A stretch of 64,000 nucleotides of DNA from a virus (taxonomy: Duplodnaviria; Caudoviricetes). Positions 1 through 9,903 of this stretch are shown piece after piece (positions within the stretch are counted from its first letter, which is position 1; each line of letters starts with the position of its first letter). The translations under genes were made by a program, and so were the position numbers. The notes below the pieces were generated by a model. The model had not been told where the DNA came from. It was given only the letters and a program-made list of their open reading frames with translations, and ran no database searches. Where the stretch lies: the IMG/VR virus record IMGVR_UViG_3300022242_000023, positions 22,304-86,303 of that record; one strand, 5' to 3'.

Positions 1-13
1 AAAGATTACATTC

Positions 14-472
14 ATGACAAAAGAATTAATACAGTTAATTAAACTTATCCAGACACAAGTAGTTAGTATACTACTTGTGAATGGATATGTGGAATTGATA
101 GACAAGCAAGGGAAGTATTTATTTAATAACATAAGAATAACTACATCTGGTAAAACAACTATTAAAGAGACTAATCTTGTTACAGATTCAGAAGTTCAAA
201 CTTACATGAACTTATGGCCAAAAGGTTATAGATCTAATTTAAAAGCTGTAAAGGCTAAGATGGAGAGATTCATGTTAAATAATAAATGTACTTTAAAACA
301 GATTATGCTAGCAGCAGAAACTTATATAAGAGATAAAGGTACTCCATATCATGGGAAAGCTGACTATTTCTTTTATAAGGAAGAAAATGGTGTAGAAACT
401 TCTAGATGTGAAGAATATTTAGAAGATGAAAATTTTGAAGAAGAAATAGACTATAGAAGACAGGTGACATAA
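14..472 (+). CDS. Hypothetical protein upstream of helicase (possible replication-associated protein)
   Basis: 152-aa ORF whose stop overlaps the helicase start by 1 nt; acidic C-terminus; no recognisable catalytic motif. Confidence 0.6.
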   Translation: MTKELIQLIKLIQTQVVSILLVNGYVELIDKQGKYLFNNIRITTSGKTTIKETNLVTDSEVQTYMNLWPKGYRSNLKAVKAKMERFMLNNKCTLKQIMLAAETYIRDKGTPYHGKADYFFYKEENGVETSRCEEYLEDENFEEEIDYRRQVT

Positions 473-1551
473 TGGGATTTGTAGAAAATTTAGATAAAGG
501 TATAGAAAAGGGTCTAAAAGGACTCAATAAGGGGATACCAGGTGGATTACCAAGATTTGATAAGAAAATCTTTAATATCCAACCTGGAAAACAAGTTTCA
601 ATAGTAGGCGCACCAAAATCTGGGAAAACATACTTCATGTTATGGAGATATGTATTTAGACCTTGGATAGCAGGTGAGAGAAATATCAAATGGATTTTAT
701 ATTCATTAGAAGTAGATTCTCAACAAGTGGCGGCAAGATTAGCGGGTATGTTTATATATCATTATTATAAACGTAAAATTGATCCTAATAAACTATTAGG
801 ATTTGGGGAAGATCAGTTATCAGACGTAGAACAGGAAATTTATAAAAAAGTCAGAGAAGAACATTTAGTACCTCTTCAAAAGCAATTGAAAATAATTGAA
901 GATAAGAATGACAGTAATCCTACTGCTATATATAAAGCAGCATTAACATATGCATCAAAACATGGAACTTTTGAAGAAGAAGAATATTCTACTACTGATG
1001 AAAAAAATCAACCAATTAAAAAAAAGAGAAGAGTAGGTTATACACCTAATGACCCAGATGAAAAAATCTTTATAATGATAGATACTCTGGGCTTAATGAA
1101 GAGAGAAAGAAATTTCTCTAAAAAAGAAAACATGGATAAATGGTTAGATGAATATGCAATAGAGTTAAGAAATCTATTGAGATACACTATAATCAATTGC
1201 CATCATTTAAATAGAAACTTAAGTGCACCAGAAAGAAAGAAATTATCAGGAGAAGATTTACAACCAGAGCTGGAAGATATCAAAGATACTTCAGCAATAG
1301 GTGAATCTTCAGACATGGTAATTGGTATTTTTAATCCTAACGTGCACGCAGAAATAAAGGTTCATCAAGGCTATCATGTTCCAAAATTTAATGGATATTA
1401 TAGAAGTATTCACGTAATGGCTTCTAGGTATACTCCATCACCAATAAATTCAGCTTTATTATTTGATTTTGAAACTGGTGCATGGCAAGAACTACCTCCG
1501 CCAACAGATACTACTGCTTTGGAACCATTTTATAAAATGTTAAATAGTTAA
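472..1551 (+). CDS. dnaB: DnaB-like (SF4) replicative helicase
   Basis: Walker A GAPKSGKT, Walker B IMIDTLG, HHLNR (cf. SQLNR) and LEDIKDTSAIGESSD (cf. LxDLRxSGxIEQDAD). Confidence 0.85.
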   Translation: MGFVENLDKGIEKGLKGLNKGIPGGLPRFDKKIFNIQPGKQVSIVGAPKSGKTYFMLWRYVFRPWIAGERNIKWILYSLEVDSQQVAARLAGMFIYHYYKRKIDPNKLLGFGEDQLSDVEQEIYKKVREEHLVPLQKQLKIIEDKNDSNPTAIYKAALTYASKHGTFEEEEYSTTDEKNQPIKKKRRVGYTPNDPDEKIFIMIDTLGLMKRERNFSKKENMDKWLDEYAIELRNLLRYTIINCHHLNRNLSAPERKKLSGEDLQPELEDIKDTSAIGESSDMVIGIFNPNVHAEIKVHQGYHVPKFNGYYRSIHVMASRYTPSPINSALLFDFETGAWQELPPPTDTTALEPFYKMLNS

Positions 1552-1553
1552 AA

Positions 1554-2228
1554 ATGACAAAAATAAGATCAGTTTGCATAGATACTTTGACTGCTTTACA
1601 GATAGCAGAATATATGAGAGAAAGTAAAAAACCTAACCACGACAAATGGATGGATTATGGAAAGTCTATATATAATTTTATAGATGATCTTCAAGCTTTA
1701 GGTTTTGAATCAATTTTAATACTTGGAGAACCTGGTACAGGTAAAAGTTCTGGAATGAGGACTTTACTACCAAATACTAATATTTGGTATAATGCAGATA
1801 ATAAAAATCCTGTATGGGCAGGAGGAACTGCAGAATATGGTAAGAAGACAAATCCTAGAAATAATTACCATATTATCCCTAAAAGTTATGAAGAAATTAT
1901 ATCTCATATCTCTGGAGGAATAAAAGCAGGTGTTTTTGAAGAAGAAAGATTTGCATTTCTTACAGGCCATGTAGAAACATTTAGGTCTGGTACTGAAAAC
2001 AAAGAAAGACTGAAATTACTAGGTAATGTGGCTACTAAAATGCAGTTAGAAGGACGCTTAGAGACAGTAATGTACTCAAAAGTAGAAAAAGAGGATGGTA
2101 AAATTAAGTATTTACTAGAGAGCCAAAATAATGGTTATAATACAGCAAGAAGCCCTATGAATGTATTTGAACCAACAATAGAGAATGATTATCAACATAT
2201 AATAGATAAGCTGTTAGCAGGTTTTTAA
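1554..2228 (+). CDS. AAA_24/Sak4-like P-loop ATPase (putative recombination/annealing protein) with apparently swapped segment order
   Basis: Walker A GEPGTGKS at aa ~58; hhhhD-type VCIDT at aa 7-11; C-terminal QNNGYNTARSPM..F...IEND typical of phage AAA_24 proteins. Confidence 0.7.
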   Translation: MTKIRSVCIDTLTALQIAEYMRESKKPNHDKWMDYGKSIYNFIDDLQALGFESILILGEPGTGKSSGMRTLLPNTNIWYNADNKNPVWAGGTAEYGKKTNPRNNYHIIPKSYEEIISHISGGIKAGVFEEERFAFLTGHVETFRSGTENKERLKLLGNVATKMQLEGRLETVMYSKVEKEDGKIKYLLESQNNGYNTARSPMNVFEPTIENDYQHIIDKLLAGF

Positions 2229-2249
2229 CAAAAGATTAACAAATAATAA

Positions 2250-2281
2250 TTAGAGATAGTTAATTTTTATTTGTATATTTG
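2250..2281 (+). promoter_or_regulatory. Putative Bacteroidota housekeeping-sigma promoter for the SSB-like gene
   Basis: TATATTTG (TAnnTTTG -7 box) at 2274-2281; TTAG (1 mismatch to TTTG -33 box) 20 nt upstream; intergenic. Confidence 0.4.
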
Positions 2282-2312
2282 TATTATTGTTTAACAACTA
2301 AATTAAGTAAAG

Positions 2313-2918
2313 ATGAGTATGTACGGTTTATCAAATGTTGAGTCTAATAGAACTCCATTTCCTCTCTCAAACGGTGTAACTAACGTAGAATTAAAATCTT
2401 GTTCATATGTGGATGGTGGAAGCTGGGAAGCTATAGATTTTGTTTATGGGAGGACTACTGATGAAGGAGAGAGTATTTTAAAGGACAGGATGTTTGCCAT
2501 AAATGAGGCAAATATTTCTCCAAGTTCATTTGTAGAAAATGACACTAAGGAAGCTGCTATAGATAGGGAAGCTAAAAGGTTAAATACCAGGCTTAAGCAC
2601 ATTGCTACAAAGTTCAGTATTAGCCCTAACACCTTATTATCTATTACTGGTAAAAATTTTAGAGAATATGCGGAAGCATACTGTAAAATTGTAAACGCAC
2701 ATTGTAAAGGAGTAAAACTTTACTGTAAAACAGTAAAAGATGCTTCTGGATATGTGAAAGTAGCTAAATACCCTAATTTTTTACAAAGGATGGATTCTGG
2801 AGAGTGTGAATTAAAATACACAGAGAGGGAGTTAGCAGCTAATGTATCTAATAGCCCTACAAATGGTGCTGTTAGAGAAACTAGGAGTGTAGATTCTGCA
2901 GATTCGTGGACTAAATAA
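2313..2918 (+). CDS. Putative single-stranded DNA-binding protein
   Basis: Follows Sak4-like ATPase in the replication module; flexible polar tail ending SADSWTK; position-based inference. Confidence 0.45.
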   Translation: MSMYGLSNVESNRTPFPLSNGVTNVELKSCSYVDGGSWEAIDFVYGRTTDEGESILKDRMFAINEANISPSSFVENDTKEAAIDREAKRLNTRLKHIATKFSISPNTLLSITGKNFREYAEAYCKIVNAHCKGVKLYCKTVKDASGYVKVAKYPNFLQRMDSGECELKYTERELAANVSNSPTNGAVRETRSVDSADSWTK

Positions 2919-2945
2919 GTAAGATAATTTAGTTTGTTTTATTTG

Positions 2946-2979
2946 AGAGAGAGGTAGGAAACTACCTCTCTCTTTTTTT
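2946..2979 (+). terminator. Rho-independent terminator
   Basis: 12-bp perfect stem AGAGAGAGGTAG / CTACCTCTCTCT, GAAA tetraloop, followed by a T tract; 27 nt after the stop at 2918. Confidence 0.9.
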
Positions 2980-2987
2980 ACCTAAAA

Positions 2988-3299
2988 TTGAATAAAATGA
3001 TACAAAAAACGGAACAAGTATACAAAACTCTAATTGTAAAATTAGGAGATAGTTTAAAACTGATAAGATGCGATGATTTCTTACAAAAAGAAAAGGAATA
3101 TAAGGATATACCATTTCCTCCAGAAATAACTGATGAAGTTCATTTAAATTGGTTAGAAAATAACTCCCCAATATTAAATATCAGAAGAAGTTTCTATGAT
3201 ATGATAGATTCTGAAGATGAGGATACTCAAAATGTAGCAAAAGATTGTATTCACGGTATGCTTAAACAACATTTAACAGATTATGTATTCAATATCTAA
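2988..3299 (+). CDS. Hypothetical protein
   Basis: 103-aa ORF overlapping the primase start. Confidence 0.6.
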   Translation: MNKMIQKTEQVYKTLIVKLGDSLKLIRCDDFLQKEKEYKDIPFPPEITDEVHLNWLENNSPILNIRRSFYDMIDSEDEDTQNVAKDCIHGMLKQHLTDYVFNI

Positions 3300-4257
3300 T
3301 TCACAAATTACTGATCTAAAAGATCTAAATACTTTCATATCTGATGAAGAAATATTATTAAAATATTTTGGAGAATATGAACTTGACAAACATTATCTAT
3401 GCCCATTTGTGGAAGAAACTGTACCATCCTTTATTATATCTTATTATAATAACAGGTTAGTATGGAGAAGATTTGGTTTATATGATAGACCTATGAGCGC
3501 AATAGATTTTGTCATGGTAAAGTTCAATTTAAGTTTTAAAGACGCTATAAATAAATGTTTTAAAGAAATTAATGTAGATAATACTGAAATTTTAAAGACT
3601 ATTACTATACCTGTAGAAACTTCTAAGACATGTGGTATAAATTATGTAGAAGATTGGTATCCTTGGGAACTAGATTATTGGAAAGATTATCATTTTGATA
3701 AAAAAATATTAAAAAAATACGAAATATATCCTTGTACAGGATATTGGATAAATCAATTTAGGTGGCATTATTCTAAAAAGAATGATCCTTTATTTGTATA
3801 TATGCATGGATTAAATTCCTGGACAGGTTATAGACCCTTAGCCAAAAATAAGTTAGATAAATTTAGGAAACATAATATTAAAAATCACATTATGGGAATG
3901 GAAAATCTTCCTAACGAGGGAGATTTGCTTTTCATTACAAAATCTTATAAAGATTTGATAACTTTAAATTTAATAGGTTTAAATGCTATTGCAGTACATA
4001 CTGAAAGAGTTTACATAGATCATAATATTATTACCAACTTAAAAAAACGCTTTAAACACATATATGTGGTATTTGATAATGATAAGACAGGTATTGATGC
4101 AAGTATGTTTTTTACTAAGGAATATGGGTTAAATTATTATAACATTCCTTCAAATTGTATAGGATGTAAAGACCCTGCTGATCTAAGTAAAATCCAAGGA
4201 TTAGATGCATTAGAGAAATCTATTAAAGAAAAATTAAAAAGAGATAATATATTATGA
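3283..4257 (+). CDS. dnaG: Phage DNA primase (DnaG/TOPRIM type)
   Basis: N-terminal CPF..E..PSF, TOPRIM-like FITKSYKD and VVFDNDKTG (DxD), C-terminal KDPAD. Confidence 0.75.
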   Translation: MYSISNSQITDLKDLNTFISDEEILLKYFGEYELDKHYLCPFVEETVPSFIISYYNNRLVWRRFGLYDRPMSAIDFVMVKFNLSFKDAINKCFKEINVDNTEILKTITIPVETSKTCGINYVEDWYPWELDYWKDYHFDKKILKKYEIYPCTGYWINQFRWHYSKKNDPLFVYMHGLNSWTGYRPLAKNKLDKFRKHNIKNHIMGMENLPNEGDLLFITKSYKDLITLNLIGLNAIAVHTERVYIDHNIITNLKKRFKHIYVVFDNDKTGIDASMFFTKEYGLNYYNIPSNCIGCKDPADLSKIQGLDALEKSIKEKLKRDNIL

Positions 4258-4646
4258 AAATATTAAAAAATTCAGATATAAAGAAATTAGAAATTAAAGA
4301 TGCTTTATTAACTGATGTGTATTTTATTAGAGGACAATCTAGAACTAGATTCTTAGGTATATTAGGTCAAGTTAATAGATCATATTCGTTAAAGGGTATA
4401 GGATATATGCATCTGAATAATACTTATGAATTTTATGATAATATAGATATAGTAAATCACATGAAATTACGTTGTTTTTTAAATTTATCAAAAGTACAAC
4501 GAGAAGGTGTTTTACCCTATAAAGATATTCAAGAACTTATATCAATGTATACTTCACCAGATCAAGGTATAAGAGATGTATTGGAAGAATGCTTAATTCA
4601 AATTTTCAGAGAAAAATATAAAGGTAGATATGATTTCATATACTAG
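4254..4646 (+). CDS. Hypothetical protein
   Basis: 130-aa ORF coupled to both neighbours (ATGA overlap with primase). Confidence 0.6.
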   Translation: MKILKNSDIKKLEIKDALLTDVYFIRGQSRTRFLGILGQVNRSYSLKGIGYMHLNNTYEFYDNIDIVNHMKLRCFLNLSKVQREGVLPYKDIQELISMYTSPDQGIRDVLEECLIQIFREKYKGRYDFIY

Positions 4647-5283
4647 TTTATTACAAAAATGGTATCCGTATTTTGTAAAATGGAAAATGTTAGGAATATT
4701 AGATGATGTAATAGATAGATTAAATATCTTATATAAAGATTGTACAGTATATCCTGAAAAACAAAAAGTGTTTAGAATATTTCAAGAAATTCCTCCTGAA
4801 AATGTTAAAGTAGTATTTTTAGGTCAAGATCCTTATCCAGGATACTACAAAGGATCTCCTTCAGCATGTGGGAGAGCTTTTGCTACTGAAAATGGATATT
4901 TAAATCCCAGCTTAAAAAATATGTTTAAAGAACTTGCTGATGATGTAGGTGTTAATTTAAATATTCCAATGGATTATTCATTACAAACTTGGGTAGATAG
5001 TGGAGTATTTCTTTTAAATACAGCCTTAACTGTAGAAATGGGTATGCCAGGAGCACATTTAAAACTTTGGGAAAACTTTTCAAAAGAATTTATAACGAAT
5101 TTTTCAAAAGATTTTAATGTAGTTTGGGTATTATTAGGAGGGAAAGCTCAACAATGGGATAAGTATATTTTAAACGGAGAAGTTATTACCGCTGCTCATC
5201 CTTCACCTTTAGCTGGAGGTAAATTCTTTGGGTCTAAAATATTTTCAAAAATAAACAATTTTAAAGAAATAAAATGGCAATAA
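4630..5283 (+). CDS. ung: Uracil-DNA glycosylase, family 1
   Basis: GQDPYP water-activating loop, LLNTALTV, HPSPLA leucine loop. Confidence 0.95.
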   Translation: MISYTSLLQKWYPYFVKWKMLGILDDVIDRLNILYKDCTVYPEKQKVFRIFQEIPPENVKVVFLGQDPYPGYYKGSPSACGRAFATENGYLNPSLKNMFKELADDVGVNLNIPMDYSLQTWVDSGVFLLNTALTVEMGMPGAHLKLWENFSKEFITNFSKDFNVVWVLLGGKAQQWDKYILNGEVITAAHPSPLAGGKFFGSKIFSKINNFKEIKWQ

Positions 5284-6647
5284 TAAAATACGAGATAGAT
5301 ATATATGAAGATCTATTGGTAACTGCAAAAAAGTTAATGTGGAAACAGCCTTTAATGGGATTTTTCCTAGCAACATTACATAAGAAAGTTATATACAAAG
5401 GGGATCCAGAAGAAAAGGATATAAAAACTGCTGCAGTAGGAAAATCTAAAGGAGACTTAAATTATAGTCTATATGTTAATGCAGAATTCTGGAAAGATTT
5501 AACAGACTTACAAAAACAAGATGTTTTATTACATGAGTTAAATCACATATGTTATTTTCATCCAACAATGTCTAAGTCTTTTTCTCAAAAAGAACTCTTT
5601 AATATAGCAGCTGATATAGAAATCAATCAACATCTGCCAAATCTTCCAGATAATGATATGCCTTTAGACAAGTATGTGGAATGGATAGAAGCTCACAAAA
5701 AAGAAATCCAAGAAGGTAAAATTGTAGCTCCTGCAAGATTTTGCAGATTAGAAGATTATGGTTTCAAAAAAGAAGCCGATGACTTCAAAGGTACTAGATA
5801 TTACTATGATAGACTAATGGCCATAATAAATGATCAGAAAAATCAATCTCCAATGGCTAAAAGTTTAAGGCAAATGGTAGCTTCTATGGGTGAAGAAAAT
5901 AGTCCATACCCTTGCTCTCATAATACATGGAAGAATTTTGAAGAAGATAGTGATATAGAAAGTGAATTAATAGACGAAAATGTTAAAAGTCTTCTTAAAA
6001 GAATCATGTTAGAAAATGAACATCAAAGATCTCAACTTATTGGTAGTTTACCAGGATATTTGAGAAATTTGATAGAAGATCTTCTTAAAGAAAGACCACC
6101 TATATTTAACTGGAAATTATATGTAAGAAGATTTGTTGCAAAATCTATAGATTCTTATGTAAGAACTACAAGAAGTAAACCTAATAAAAGATTAGATGAA
6201 GAAATGCCCACTATTAAAATTATTGAAAAATATTGTTTATTAATGGGTGTAGATACATCAGGTAGCATGAGTAATGAAGATATAGCTCAGTGTTTTACTG
6301 AAATACATCATGTATATAAAACAGGTAATACTGTATTGGTGGCAGAATGTGATGCTGCATTAGATAAAAACAATGATGTATACAAATACACTGGTAAGTA
6401 TCCTACAAAAAGATTAGGTTTAAGTGGAGGAGGAGGTACAAACATGGACCCTGTATTAGCATACGCTAATGAAAATGTTAATTCACTAACATGTTTAATA
6501 CACATAACTGATGGTTATATACCAATTCCAAAAGTTAAATGTAAAGTTCCTACTTTAATAATAATTACACCAGATGGTGCAAATCCTGAAGATTTGATTA
6601 AAGGAGGTTTGAAATATCCTGTAATTAAAATGAATAGAGATTGTTAA
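5274..6647 (+). CDS. Metallopeptidase-VWA protein (DUF2201-like)
   Basis: HELNH (HExxH), NIAADIEINQ, VWA MIDAS VDTSGSM, GGGGT and TDGY. Confidence 0.85.
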   Translation: MAIIKYEIDIYEDLLVTAKKLMWKQPLMGFFLATLHKKVIYKGDPEEKDIKTAAVGKSKGDLNYSLYVNAEFWKDLTDLQKQDVLLHELNHICYFHPTMSKSFSQKELFNIAADIEINQHLPNLPDNDMPLDKYVEWIEAHKKEIQEGKIVAPARFCRLEDYGFKKEADDFKGTRYYYDRLMAIINDQKNQSPMAKSLRQMVASMGEENSPYPCSHNTWKNFEEDSDIESELIDENVKSLLKRIMLENEHQRSQLIGSLPGYLRNLIEDLLKERPPIFNWKLYVRRFVAKSIDSYVRTTRSKPNKRLDEEMPTIKIIEKYCLLMGVDTSGSMSNEDIAQCFTEIHHVYKTGNTVLVAECDAALDKNNDVYKYTGKYPTKRLGLSGGGGTNMDPVLAYANENVNSLTCLIHITDGYIPIPKVKCKVPTLIIITPDGANPEDLIKGGLKYPVIKMNRDC

Positions 6648-6976
6648 TGAAACTAGATCATTACGAAAGAGGTGATATTATTTTATTTTATGACGATGAA
6701 TGTAACTCATTAATATATTATTATGACAAGGTAACAAAAGATAAATCTAATGAATTATTATTGCATTTAATAGATTTTAAAGACAAGAGTTCAGTTTCAT
6801 TTAAGAAATGTTACAAATATGATGATTTATTCATAAATAGTTTAAATCTTACATATTTAATTAATAATAATTATATACAAGAAAATATAATAAGTTTAGT
6901 ATCATCACCAGATAAAGAGATGCAAAGATTAGGAGTAGAAATATTAAAAAATTCAATAAACAAATATAATATTTAA
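6641..6976 (+). CDS. Hypothetical protein
   Basis: 111-aa ORF between the VWA and MoxR genes. Confidence 0.55.
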   Translation: MLMKLDHYERGDIILFYDDECNSLIYYYDKVTKDKSNELLLHLIDFKDKSSVSFKKCYKYDDLFINSLNLTYLINNNYIQENIISLVSSPDKEMQRLGVEILKNSINKYNI

Positions 6977-6981
6977 AATTT

Positions 6982-8226
6982 ATGGCAAGTAAAGTTAAAC
7001 AAGAAAAAGTATTTTTGAAACCTTCAGAGGTTAAGTTAAAAGTATTAGAATTTATAGAATCTAATACTCAATTAGAAAAAAGAGGATTATTAAAAAATGC
7101 TTTATCTTTTGTAGGAGAACCTGGTATTGCTAAAACATCATCTGTTTTGCAAGTATGCCAAGAGAATAACATAGGAATAGAAAAAGTCAATATGGCGAAT
7201 ATTGATGACCTTGGAGAAATCACAGGATATCCTATGAAAGAATATGAAATGAAAAAGAATAGTGATATCCAATGGGCTAATGATAAAAATCATGAAAGCT
7301 TTTTGAGACTTGGTTATCTTGATACAGGTTCTACAAGAACAGGATATGCAGAACCTAAATGGGTTAATAGTCTTAGGAATTATGAAAAAAGTGTATTATT
7401 ACTTGATGATTCTTTGAGAAGTCAACCTAGGTTTATCAATGCCTTAATGGATCTTATTCAGAGAGGTGAGTATTATGGTTGGAAATTACCAAAAGGATGC
7501 ACTGTCATTATGACAAATAATCCTTCTGATGGAGATTTTCAGGTAGCTCAAGAAGATAGTGCTCATATTAGTAGATATTTCACTTTCCATGTAAAATATT
7601 GTGAAAAATCTTGGGCAGAACAAGCTCAAAAAGAAAATCTTCATGGAGCGTTTATAAACTTTATATTGAAACACCACTCAGAGTTATTTGCTTTACAAGA
7701 TGAAAAGAACCCTTCTTTAGGGATGATGTCCATGCCTAGACAATGGAGTATGTTATTTTCATCTATAAATCATTTACCTGAATTTACTTCTCCGAAAAGT
7801 CAACAGATTATTTTACAAAATGGGAAGGCAATTTTACCTTCAAATTTAGTACAAATTTTCACAACTTTTTTACATGCTAAAGAATGGGATATTGTTGAAC
7901 CAGATGAAATCTTCAATAATAAAATTAAAGACGAAGAAGTAGTGTCAATGTTAAAAAAGAGTGTGGGAGAACCAAAAGCTGGTACATTCAGAAATGATGT
8001 AGCATCTATTTTGTCAATGCGTATTACTAACTATTTAGTACATCTTGCTAGTACAAATCCTATTGACTCTTTCTTGACAGGAAGGTTAAAACTGATAATG
8101 GAAAACAAAATCTTAGGGTCAGATTTGGATTTCAAATTGATCAAAGATATGTATTCTAGAAATCGTGATAAGTTTAAAGGTTTATTATCTGAAAAGTTTT
8201 TCAGAGATCAAATAATTCAAGGATAA
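6982..8226 (+). CDS. MoxR-like AAA+ ATPase
   Basis: Walker A GEPGIAKT, Walker B LLLDD, sensor MTNNP, GYP/PKW motifs; adjacent VWA partner. Confidence 0.8.
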   Translation: MASKVKQEKVFLKPSEVKLKVLEFIESNTQLEKRGLLKNALSFVGEPGIAKTSSVLQVCQENNIGIEKVNMANIDDLGEITGYPMKEYEMKKNSDIQWANDKNHESFLRLGYLDTGSTRTGYAEPKWVNSLRNYEKSVLLLDDSLRSQPRFINALMDLIQRGEYYGWKLPKGCTVIMTNNPSDGDFQVAQEDSAHISRYFTFHVKYCEKSWAEQAQKENLHGAFINFILKHHSELFALQDEKNPSLGMMSMPRQWSMLFSSINHLPEFTSPKSQQIILQNGKAILPSNLVQIFTTFLHAKEWDIVEPDEIFNNKIKDEEVVSMLKKSVGEPKAGTFRNDVASILSMRITNYLVHLASTNPIDSFLTGRLKLIMENKILGSDLDFKLIKDMYSRNRDKFKGLLSEKFFRDQIIQG

Positions 8227-8227
8227 T

Positions 8228-9250
8228 ATGGTACAGGAATTAGACGTTAAAGTTTATAATGGTTATGGTATTTCAAATGATGTAGAAAGTGTAAAGTTAA
8301 TCAGAAAATCTGAATTAAAAACAAAACTGGATAGTTTGCAAATAGTTAAAACTATTAAAGATAAAAGTAACGTATTTTTTCTAGATAATGTTGTATTCCC
8401 TAGGCAAACGCTTAGGGAATATGGCAAATCTAGAGGTATAAATATAGTTAGAAAAGTAGAAACAGCAGATTATCTTGTTATTAAAAATAATGATATAAAT
8501 AACTACATTAAATCATATAGACAATATGGTTTATTTAAAAATATACATACGGGTGAATTACTTTTAAATCTTTCTTGGGATCAACAGGCTACTCATAGAA
8601 TATTCAATGATTATAGTATGATAGCTAATGATTATTGTAATATAATTGATTCATTAGTTGATGATATCAATAATTTATTTACAATAAATAAACCTATTAT
8701 TGATCAAGAAAGTTTAAATAATCAATGTTTAAATAGTACAATAATTGATTACAAAAATTATCTCAATTATGTTTCAATGCTAAATAGCACTGATCAGATT
8801 GTAAAGGATATGGCTATAAGACTGATATCAATGTGTAACAGGGATGCCTCAGAATTTTATATAGCGTGCTTATATAATAAATTTAAACAAGATTTTTTTA
8901 ATAGTAAAGAATGGAATTCTGTAAATTTGAGATCTTTTAGAATATATGTAGAAAGTAAAAGTTGGGGCCGTACTAGAATGGATAATGAACTAAGTGTATT
9001 AAGATTTTTTATTGATGGAAACTATAAATTTAAAATAGATTCTGTATTTTTTCATAAAATGGTAGAAGAAGATTTTAATAAGATTTCAAACGGCATTTTA
9101 AGAATCTTAGATAAAGTAGCTGAAACTGAAATGGTATTAAAATATAATATTAAACCAAGCATTAAAATAATAGAATTTGAAAATGAAGAACCAAGTGGAA
9201 CAATCAAAAGAATCAGTGAAAAAAATTCCCAGATCGGGAAAGAAGAATAG
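8228..9250 (+). CDS. Hypothetical protein (possible BRCT-like N-terminal region)
   Basis: 340-aa ORF; ..RGINIVRKVETADYLVI resembles the end of a BRCT fold, weak support. Confidence 0.5.
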   Translation: MVQELDVKVYNGYGISNDVESVKLIRKSELKTKLDSLQIVKTIKDKSNVFFLDNVVFPRQTLREYGKSRGINIVRKVETADYLVIKNNDINNYIKSYRQYGLFKNIHTGELLLNLSWDQQATHRIFNDYSMIANDYCNIIDSLVDDINNLFTINKPIIDQESLNNQCLNSTIIDYKNYLNYVSMLNSTDQIVKDMAIRLISMCNRDASEFYIACLYNKFKQDFFNSKEWNSVNLRSFRIYVESKSWGRTRMDNELSVLRFFIDGNYKFKIDSVFFHKMVEEDFNKISNGILRILDKVAETEMVLKYNIKPSIKIIEFENEEPSGTIKRISEKNSQIGKEE

Positions 9251-9638
9251 GACTAAAGGACATGGTTATGAAATTAAAATATCTAACATGTTAAAAGATC
9301 TAGGTTTAGTTAAAACCAAAACATCAAGGGCTGCATCAAAATTGTATGATGATTGCGGTATTGATCATTGGGGTGCAATACTTCCTACTGGTGATTTAAT
9401 ATTAACACAGTGTAAATCTGGATATAAAAATTCTAGACCAAAAGCAGATGTAGAGTTTAAAAACCAAATAGAGAAAATGAAAACTCATTTTCCCAAAGGT
9501 AGTAAGGAATTAGATTCTAATAATATGCAAATATTATTTCATAAAATAGATGATTATAGACCTGAAAATCATTTAGTAACTATGAAATATGATGATTTTG
9601 TTAAACTGTTAAAAACTTTCATAGATGCACATAATTAA
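9177..9638 (+). CDS. PD-(D/E)xK nuclease, Holliday junction resolvase-like
   Basis: KGHGYE, DDCGID and QCK catalytic pattern; true start may be the internal GTG near 9216. Confidence 0.65.
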   Translation: MKMKNQVEQSKESVKKIPRSGKKNRTKGHGYEIKISNMLKDLGLVKTKTSRAASKLYDDCGIDHWGAILPTGDLILTQCKSGYKNSRPKADVEFKNQIEKMKTHFPKGSKELDSNNMQILFHKIDDYRPENHLVTMKYDDFVKLLKTFIDAHN

Positions 9639-9903
9639 AAGACTGTATAAATACTGGAATTTGAGATCAGGTGTTATTGTAATGGTAACTCCAGAAGAAG
9701 AGTTATATTTTATTGAAATTAAAGGGGTATTTTTATTTAAACTAATTTCTTTAATATTTCTAAAAGGCGATTATTCAGATTACAAATTTGCATATACAGA
9801 TAATTGGGCCCGTATAAATAGATTTTGTGAATATAAGAATTCAGAGGATCCAGATGTACAAGAAATGTTTAAAAACTGCATAAAACATGAACTAGATGAT
9901 TAG
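9625..9903 (+). CDS. Hypothetical protein
   Basis: 92-aa ORF overlapping both neighbours. Confidence 0.5.
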   Translation: MHIIKRLYKYWNLRSGVIVMVTPEEELYFIEIKGVFLFKLISLIFLKGDYSDYKFAYTDNWARINRFCEYKNSEDPDVQEMFKNCIKHELDD

